Assembly (NCBI RefSeq): GCF_001194135.2
Contig: NC_068982.1
Location: 130,956,265 to 131,012,676, forward strand
Source of the DNA: Octopus bimaculoides
Lineage: Eukaryota
Length of the DNA: 56,412 nucleotides
Reading direction: 5' to 3'
Shown here: piece by piece, positions 48,601 through 56,412 of the stretch
How positions within the stretch are numbered: position 1 is the first letter of the stretch
Layout: each line of letters opens with the position of its first letter
Notes under the pieces: model-generated
What the model was told of the DNA's origin: nothing
Seen by the model: the letters and a program-made list of their open reading frames with translations, nothing else
The model's database searches: none
Translations under genes and position numbers: made by a program

Positions 48601-50029
48601 TAATGATGGAACCAGATGTCAGGGTAAGTTACAGATTAGTTTTATTTTTTAACCAAGTATTTACTTTTAAATAACTAAAATTTACACCCTTAGTGAACCA
48701 AATGACTAAATGTAGTACAAAAATGTAAGGGAGATAACTTCAAAATGCTAATCAATTAAAATAAATTAAATTTGAAATGTAGTAGTGCAGTTATTCTGAT
48801 CAGTATGGTATACGTCGTACATAGTTCAGCTTTTTTAAACCTAGCAATTACTAAAAGTTTACATTATTAAATATGCAATTGTAATTAAATAAAATCTTTT
48901 GGCTTACTTTGTATAAAATTTTCATCATGCTAGTGACCTTATGTATTTCCCCCAGCCACTCTTGTATGTTAAGTTCATTTATACATAAAAAAAAATACTG
49001 GACTTTCCCTATTTGTTCTAAGATTTTGCCATAATATTTAGACTATGCTTCACTAAAGATCAAATAAGACCGAAACATGTTCAGCGCTGATGTTCAGAGA
49101 TTCGATGCCAATTTTTGGATTGCCTTTTTTTTTTTCTTTTTTTTTTTAGCCAGAATCAGTCATTGAAAAAAAAAGATTACTGATTTCATCACTATATTTC
49201 TATATATTAACGTTACTTGTGGCTTTTAGAAAAGCACGAACATAGCTACTTACTGTATACTTAATAAATCTAAAGTTTTGTCTCTTAACAACAGATATAT
49301 ATTTAGGGAAAAGAATGGATGATAGCAGTCATCATAACAGTTGAGTGCTCGACGGTGTAGCGGGTGTTTTGCATGATGCAATGCACAGGTAATGAATAAA
49401 ATGCCATATTATTGAAACATGTGTAGCACGGATTGTACTATCGTCCTTTCTTTTATCGTATTTATTTGCCACATACCATGTTACTACTGAGGTTGGAATT
49501 GTGGAATATCTATTATAGCTAAATATTCGTTCCTAATTTTATGACAGAATGATGAAACGGGAATGTTATTAGTTAATTAATTAAATTATTTCTTTATCAA
49601 TGTTCCTTCAGTGTAGACCGCTATCGAATCACGTGCTGGAAGCTCCTGAATTACTAACCATGATCGACGTGATCCAAACTAGTTCACACACACACACCTC
49701 TGTACCTCTTTCATATATATATATATATATATATAATATATATATATATAGGCTTGTATTATATATGTGTATATAGATATTAGGATATATACATGTTCGT
49801 ATATGTGCAAGTGTATAAATGTAAATTCATAAACGTGTGTGTGTGCATGTATATTTATGTGTGTGTATATATATATATATATAATCTGGGAAGATAGTTT
49901 CTGGGAATAGAAAACTTCTTTTATAAAAAGAAAATCCATTAATTTATGGTATTTTTTCCGATATTTCATCTAAAAATCCTTCCTTCTAAAGAAAAGAAAT
50001 CTCTTCATTTTATGTAAGTAGAAATATTG

Positions 50030-50252
50030 GTTTCAAACTTTGGCACAAGGCCGGCAATTTTGAAGTATGTATGTATGTGTGTCTTTGTTTGTAACCCAGC
50101 TTGCTGGTGTGCTTACGTCGCCGTAACGTAGTGGTTCGTCATAAGTGACCGATAGAATAAGTACCAGGCTTTAAAAAATTAAGTACTGGGGTCGATACAT
50201 TCAACTAAAATTTCCAGGCGGCACTCTAGCATGGTCGCAGTCAAATGATTAA
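50030..50252. mobile_element. Composite: SINE-B1 tail (-) joined to SINE-A 3' half (+)
   Basis: tttcaaactttggcacaaggccggcaatttt, then gctggtgtgcttacgtcgccgtaac...gatagaataagtaccaggc...agcatggtcgcagtcaaatga. Confidence 0.75.
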
Positions 50253-51139
50253 AAAAAAAACAAAAAAAAACATAGTAATGTCTTTTGTTTTGGAAATGCC
50301 ATGAGCGATATTCCTATTAATTCATTTAATTCTGCACATGTTCCTTACTAAACTTCGATAAACTGAACACCAAAGCAAAAAACCCGTTAGTAAAATATAT
50401 TTCTTCTGACAACACACGCAAAAATGTATACACTATACGAAAGACTCGAAGTAACGTGTGATCTTTTTTCCCTCTCTTTACTTTTGTTATGAGTGTCAAA
50501 CTTGTGATAACATACTTCAATATATTTTCAGTAAAACTATAATACAAAAATATTTGTTCTGTGAAAACGTATTTTTATATTTTTATTTTCATGTCAGTTC
50601 ATAGAATAAAACTAGTTATCCAGTATTTTTCATATTTCTATAACCTTTTTAATTAGCCATTAATACGAGGAGGGGCAATATCCAACACTTCACTTGCGCA
50701 AGCCCTCTCAGAGTGGTAAGAGAAATCGATGTTATGTTTAATCATCAGTAAATTGATTTCTGGCTAGAAGGTGAAAAAAAATGCAGGAATAACAGAAGCA
50801 TACAGTTCTATGCAGAATAGGAATATTGTACGGGAATTTTAGATTAGGATCTGTGAAATGAGACGTAGGATGGCATGACAAGAGGAAGGGATGTGTTTGT
50901 GCCAAATAGGCGTGGGTGGATAAAGAATGCTCCTAGCTCGATCAAAGAAGCGGAGACTGTAAAAATATGTACGAAGAAGAAATAGCACACGAGTGAGCAT
51001 AGAGTTGTCACGTGTTGGTGTGTGAATCTTTGTCAATCCTTGAGTGGCTTTTCTCTGCATGTGGTCTGAGATACTTGTAAATGTGGAGCAGCAAAGCCAT
51101 TTGAAATGAGTGAGACGTATTTCAATGTATCATTTTTTT

Positions 51140-51213
51140 TTTTAGTCTGTTCTGAGTTCAAATCCCGTCGAGGTCCTTTGCCAGTCACTGGATGACCTTT
51201 CTCTGCAAGACAA

Positions 51214-51261
<48 letters not shown>

Positions 51262-52145
51262 GTAACAGCAGCAGCAGCGCCATCTCAAACATGAGAGAAG
51301 TACTTCCATGTGTTTTTTTATATTTTACGCCTTTTACATTCTGAGTTCAAATCCCACCGACTTCAACTTTACCTTTCAGCCTTCCGGCCTCAACAAAATT
51401 AGGTATCATCTATACACTAAGGTTGTTGGAATCGATTATACCTCTTTCCTCAAAATGGAGTCATGGGCACTTATAAAAATATCAATGTTGTAGTCAGCAG
51501 AAAAATCCTTTGACTTGCAACAGTTAATTGCGTCTCGTTATCTTTTAAGTTCTAATCCCACCGAGGTTAGATATCCTTTTCATCCTTCCGCTGGAGGTAA
51601 AATAAGCACCAGTAGATTTACTCGACCATATAATCTCCCCAAAGAATTCGTAGCATTTTTATAGTCAGCAGAGATTTTCTTCAGTTCTTAAAGTCTCAAT
51701 CGATTTCGCTTTCTGACTTCACTTCATACGAAAAGCCTAATCCTTTTTTTTTTTTCGTTTTTTTTTTTTTTTTTTTTTTCCATCTAACTTTACTTTTGGG
51801 AACTTTTAGAACTCTTAGACATACGGAGGGTGTTAACAACAACAAACACCTTTGAGAGAAGTCGAATTTAACTATTCAAGCCAACGACTAGTTTTCATTT
51901 TCACAACTATTATTATTATTATTATTATTATTCATACGACGAGCTAGCAGAATCGTTAGTACGCTGGACGAAATGCTTAGCGGTATTTCATCCGTCGCTA
52001 CGTTCTGAGTTCAAATTCCACCGAGGTTGACTTTGCTTTTTATCCTTTCAGGGTCGATAAATTAAGTACCAGTTGTGTACTGAGGTTGATCCAATTCACT
52101 GGCCACCGCTTCCCCAAAATTTCGGGCTTTTGCCTATTATTACGC
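51140..52145 (+). mobile_element. Cluster of four same-orientation SINE-B copies (best preserved about 51937-52140)
   Basis: (gt)tctgagttcaaatccc-like motifs at about 51148, 51338, 51548 and 52003. Confidence 0.85.
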
Positions 52146-52196
52146 TAACTTGTTTTTGCACGTCCGTACCTGTGGTGTGTATCACCCTTACCTCAA

Positions 52197-52232
<36 letters not shown>

Positions 52233-52617
52233 TGACTGCGTTCGTTTTGTGTTTTTAAATCTTCATCACATCGCAAGAAATTTTGATATATAGATACATA
52301 CACATATTGTTTAATTAAAAGCGGGAGAGAGAAGGAACAGAGAGGAAATGAGAGGGAAAGTGAGAGAGACGGTAGATACATAGATCAAAAGAAAGTTGAT
52401 ACATAGACACATTGTTAAATCAAAGACAACTACAGCATTTTATTTGATGTCACTCTTCCTTTTTTTTTTTTCTTTCATACAAAAGCTAATGCAAATCTCG
52501 AACGGGGTATAACTGTGATAAGAGCCCAGAAAAATGGGTAATACTCCCTACAAAATGGGCGGGGGAGAAAAGTTACCAACTGGTGACTACATGAAATTTA
52601 ACTCTATACTTTAAAAA

Positions 52618-52685
52618 GCGTCTTCTACTATAGCCTCGGGCTGACCAAAGCCTCTTGAGTGAATTTGGTAGACGGAATCTGAAAG

Positions 52686-52730
<45 letters not shown>

Positions 52731-52921
52731 TTCCCTCCACCACCATTGCTTGACAACCAATGTTGGTGTGTTTGCGTCCCCGTAACTTAGCTGTTTAGCA
52801 GAAGAGACTGATAGAATAAACACCAGGCTTACAGGGAATAAGAACAGGGGTCGATTTTTTCAACTAAAGGGTGGTGCTCCAGCATGGCCACAGTCAAATG
52901 ACTGAAACAAGTAAAAGAGTA
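52618..52921 (+). mobile_element. 5'-truncated SINE-A
   Basis: gtcttctactatagcctcgggctgaccaaagcc...(GT)n...cagcatggccacagtcaaatgactgaaacaagtaaaagag. Confidence 0.92.
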
Positions 52922-53249
52922 AATAACAACACTCTTTACAACTTAATTGTAGCCCTAAACAAAGCAGTTTCTATGCAGTCGTCCGACTAGCCACGCTAGT
53001 TCACATTCTATTACTTGGAGAAAGGAATAAGCATCCAGCTACACTTAGAAGATTTGTTTGGCATATATTACGAATGCCTTAATTCGAAGGCCAAATGACT
53101 ATTTGATTTTTAAAAAAAGCTTAAATTTTAAAGGGAAATGACTTTGCTAACAAAACTAAGAATTATCTCCCTTAGAATTTTTTTTTGTTTCTTTATTATT
53201 CATGCATTTTCTTTCTAGATGCAATCTCAAAAGATATACGACGAATATC

Positions 53250-53290
<41 letters not shown>

Positions 53291-54152
53291 NNNNNNNNNN
53301 NNNNNNNNNNNNNNNNNNNNNNNNNNNNNNNNNNNNNNNNNNNNNNNNNNNNNNNNNNNNNNNNNNNNNNNNNNNNNNNNNNNNNNNNNNNNNNNNNNNN
53401 NNNNNNNNNNNNNNNNNNNNNNNNNNNNNNNNNNNNNNNNNNNNNNNNNNNNNNNNNNNNNNNNNNNNNNNNNNNNNNNNNNNNNNNNNNNNNNNNNNNN
53501 NNNNNNNNNNNNNNNNNNNNNNNNNNNNNNNNNNNNNNNNNNNNNNNNNNNNNNNNNNNNNNNNNNNNNNNNNNNNNNNNNNNNNNNNNNNNNNNNNNNN
53601 NNNNNNNNNNNNNNNNNNNNNNNNNNNNNNNNNNNNNNNNNNNNNNNNNNNNNNNNNNNNNNNNNNNNNNNNNNNNNNNNNNNNNNNNNNNNNNNNNNNN
53701 NNNNNNNNNNNNNNNNNNNNNNNNNNNNNNNNNNNNNNNNNNNNNNNNNNNNNNNNNNNNNNNNNNNNNNNNNNNNNNNNNNNNNNNNNNNNNNNNNNNN
53801 NNNNNNNNNNNNNNNNNNNNNNNNNNNNNNNNNNNNNNNNNNNNNNNNNNNNNNNNNNNNNNNNNNNNNNNNNNNNNNNNNNNNNNNNNNNNNNNNNNNN
53901 NNNNNNNNNNNNNNNNNNNNNNNNNNNNNNNNNNNNNNNNNNNNNNNNNNNNNNNNNNNNNNNNNNNNNNNNNNNNNNNNNNNNNNNNNNNNNNNNNNNN
54001 NNNNNNNNNNNNNNNNNNNNNNNNNNNNNNNNNNNNNNNNNNNNNNNNNNNNNNNNNNNNNNNNNNNNNNNNNNNNNNNNNNNNNNNNNNNNNNNNNNNN
54101 NNNNNNNNNNNNNNNNNNNNNNNNNNNNNNNNNNNNNNNNNNNNNNNNNNNN

Positions 54153-54187
<35 letters not shown>

Positions 54188-54189
<2 letters not shown>

Positions 54190-54525
54190 TGGTTGTCTAC
54201 TCCTTATGCAGAATTTGACCCCCTCCTATACCTATACCTTAGAACCAGCATGGCATTTGATGAGGCTTAGGACACCCACATAGATTGCATGTTCGATTTG
54301 AACCACCAAGAGCTGCAGATATGTTCTGATCTTTGTGGATCTTAAAATGTCTTTTGAGGCCTTCGATAGATTTGCAAATCTTCTGGCATGCATTGCATTG
54401 AAAAGTGTGCACAGACATATAGGCAGAATAGTTGGTGGATGTTCGTTTTTCATGGGTTCGCAAATGAGATTTGAGCCTAGCAAAAGAAAGGCATGATCTG
54501 TCACAAACTGTGCACACAAAAGGTC
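54188..54525 (-). mobile_element. RTE-type LINE 3' end with tandem C2H2 fingers and an (AT)n tail
   Basis: FVCTVCDRSCLSFARLKSHLRTH, FQCNACQKICKSIEGLKRHFKIH and a decayed third finger CNLCGC; ends ...ggagtagacaaccacc directly into (AT)n 54152-54187. Confidence 0.75.
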
Positions 54526-55843
54526 ATATAAGACCTCTTCTATTCTTGCAAGGCAGCCTTCGAATCGGCCGTGTGATTTGGGGCATCTGGTGGGCGACAT
54601 CTAGTACATATGACGATGTGGAGTTGTCTTATATGTACAATTAGTGTATCACATACTGAATTTGAATGTGACAAAAAGATCTGGGGCGTGAAATTTCACG
54701 GGTGTACATTGCAACTCCGCCATGGTTCCTGTCTTTTCTATCGCTTCGCAATGCAACATTCTTTGGTATGTGTATTTCTGCATCTACGATGTTGGGTTTA
54801 AGGTGGATTTCAGTGAGTGCTATGCATAAGGCTTGATTGCATGTCACTAAGTCTCTCATGAAAGTAATTTTAGTTCCGTTATTGAGTTGTAACAGTCCTC
54901 CAACGTTTATGAAGTATATTGGTGTGACATCTGTGATGACGCCAGTGGTGGCCATCCTGGACCCATTGGTTGTGGCGGTCTTGCGTGTTGGTGGAGATGG
55001 CTTCGACTCTGGAATTGATGAAGCCAAGTTAGTTGTTACACAATCTTTTGAGCCATGCATAAAAAAGATTTTTGTTCAGCTGCATCCCTAATGACGGATT
55101 TTGAATAGGATTGGTTTCTTTTGCCAGTAGTGCACACTACATCGGCGAATTTTAGCTTTGATGCAGGTGATGTATGACTTTTTCCCCTTTGGAATCTTTG
55201 TCCTTTGGAGGGAGGTTTTTGTTTTTGTTCTGCCTGTTGTATGGTTTTAGATACAAGAAGCGGCAGTTTGCACCATCATATGCATACCAGCAGTCACCGC
55301 ACAGGAAGAATTTACACACTTGAGTGAGCTTCTTAATTATTTGTATCTTTGTGTATTGACTGTCCGACTTTTTCGTTTTATTTGGGGGATCTCTTGTGTT
55401 TTGCTTCATTTTTACTTTTCCCATGATCCATTTTTTCTTTTATTTTTATTTTTTAGCTCTTTATTTGTTCTTTTGTCCTGTTTGGTGTTGATATTGGTGG
55501 TGGTAGGGCCATCAGTGATGGTGTCTTCTTCCTTAGCAAGTCTCTCAATTTAGGTTTTCGTTTGAGATGTGTTTCCTTGTGGATCAGTAGGGTTAATGGG
55601 AACGTCTGTCACTCACATCAGGGTTTCCATCCTTATCCTTTTGGGGTTTCTGTGCAGAGATGGTGTCAAGTGTGTTAATGTGAGGTTTACTCTTGTTTTT
55701 TTCCGCTCTATCTGAGCTGTGGTCCTTATGTAGCCATTGCTCTTTAGAGTTGCCATTATAATATTATTTAGATTGTCCCCTTCGGCTATTTACCACCATC
55801 TCAATAAGAGTTTCAATTCTTCACTGATCCAGTTTCGAGACAT
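54526..55843 (-). mobile_element. 5' half of a CR1/L2/Proto2-type LINE: disrupted ORF1 plus APE N-terminus
   Basis: APE motifs YFINVGGLL, ALTEIHL, RSDRKDRNHGGVAMY, ICTRCRPPD (YRPP-like); upstream CKFFLCGDCWYAYDGANCRFLY (CCCH-like) and MSRNWISEELKLLLRWW...GYIRTTAQIERK. Confidence 0.8.
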
Positions 55844-55867
55844 CTTTAGCCTGCTGTTTTCGCCTGC

Positions 55868-56070
55868 ATATATTTAGAGAAAGATTGAGATAAGGAAAGA
55901 CAGGACGAGCAGAAGAAAGAGAGGTGTACGTTGTATTGATCTATGCATGCACAGATGGGAGAGGTATTAGTATATATTTAGAGAGAGATTGAGATAAGGA
56001 TAGATAGGGAGAGAGGAAGAAAGAGAGGTGTAAGTTGTATTGATTTTTGCGTGCACAGATGGAGATATTT
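55868..56070. repeat. ~104-bp tandem duplication x2
   Basis: atatatttagaga.agattgagataagga...gaagaaagagaggtgta.gttgtattgat...tgcacagatgg at about 55868 and 55972. Confidence 0.9.
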
Positions 56071-56116
56071 GATAGGATAGGTAAAAAATATAGCTATAAT
56101 CTTTCTCTAGCCATAT

Positions 56117-56156
<40 letters not shown>

Positions 56157-56412
56157 AGAGATTAATCAATCAATCGTAGATTAAATCGAAAGGTATAACA
56201 GTGCAGCCTTATGTTTTGGGATGGTGAATGTTGAAGAAAAACGGTATTTACTTCTCTTCGTAAAACTTCAGTTGATTGAAAAAGTAATTCAAAGCGCAGT
56301 CTAAAATGATTCATATATAAAGACACGTGTAGTTAAATAATTAATTAATTAAACAATTAAGTCCTCAACTACTGTTTTACTGGAATTTTACAGGCCCCTT
56401 TCTGTTTATATA

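Noticed and set aside
50870-50990. LINE C-terminal fragment (APSSIKEAETVK)
   Set aside because: The resemblance to the WNxLPxxIKxA motif is too short to support.
54239-54517. Host C2H2 zinc-finger gene
   Set aside because: No TGEKP linkers; it ends in a retroposon-type (AT)n tail and is embedded in LINE sequence.

Overview
AT-rich, repeat-dense eukaryotic DNA with eight N-gaps. I infer an octopod cephalopod from the tRNA-derived SINEs and very high microsatellite load. No intact host protein-coding gene, tRNA, rRNA or CRISPR array can be supported; most ORF-track entries are microsatellite, N-gap or antisense artefacts. The window holds about 25 SINE copies or fragments (my working labels A-D), several MITEs (Kolobok-like, Merlin-like, hAT, mariner), two Helentron-associated (HINE-like) elements, and decayed non-LTR retroelements (L1/Tx1 ORF2, Penelope RT, RTE pieces, a CR1/L2-type 5' half). 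Best leads: (1) a ~400-nt palindrome at 26069-26470 whose apical 37-bp stem keeps + strand pairing through G.U wobbles and has pre-miRNA geometry; (2) an ORF1-only (HAL1-like) retroelement at 4872-6495 whose 3' tail and stem-loop are shared with a SINE at 34343-34528; (3) a LINE ORF1 with an apparent Myb/SANT-like plus CCCH architecture, fused mid-endonuclease to a multi-C2H2 RTE 3' end. All alignments and translations were done by eye; coordinates of degenerate copies are approximate.
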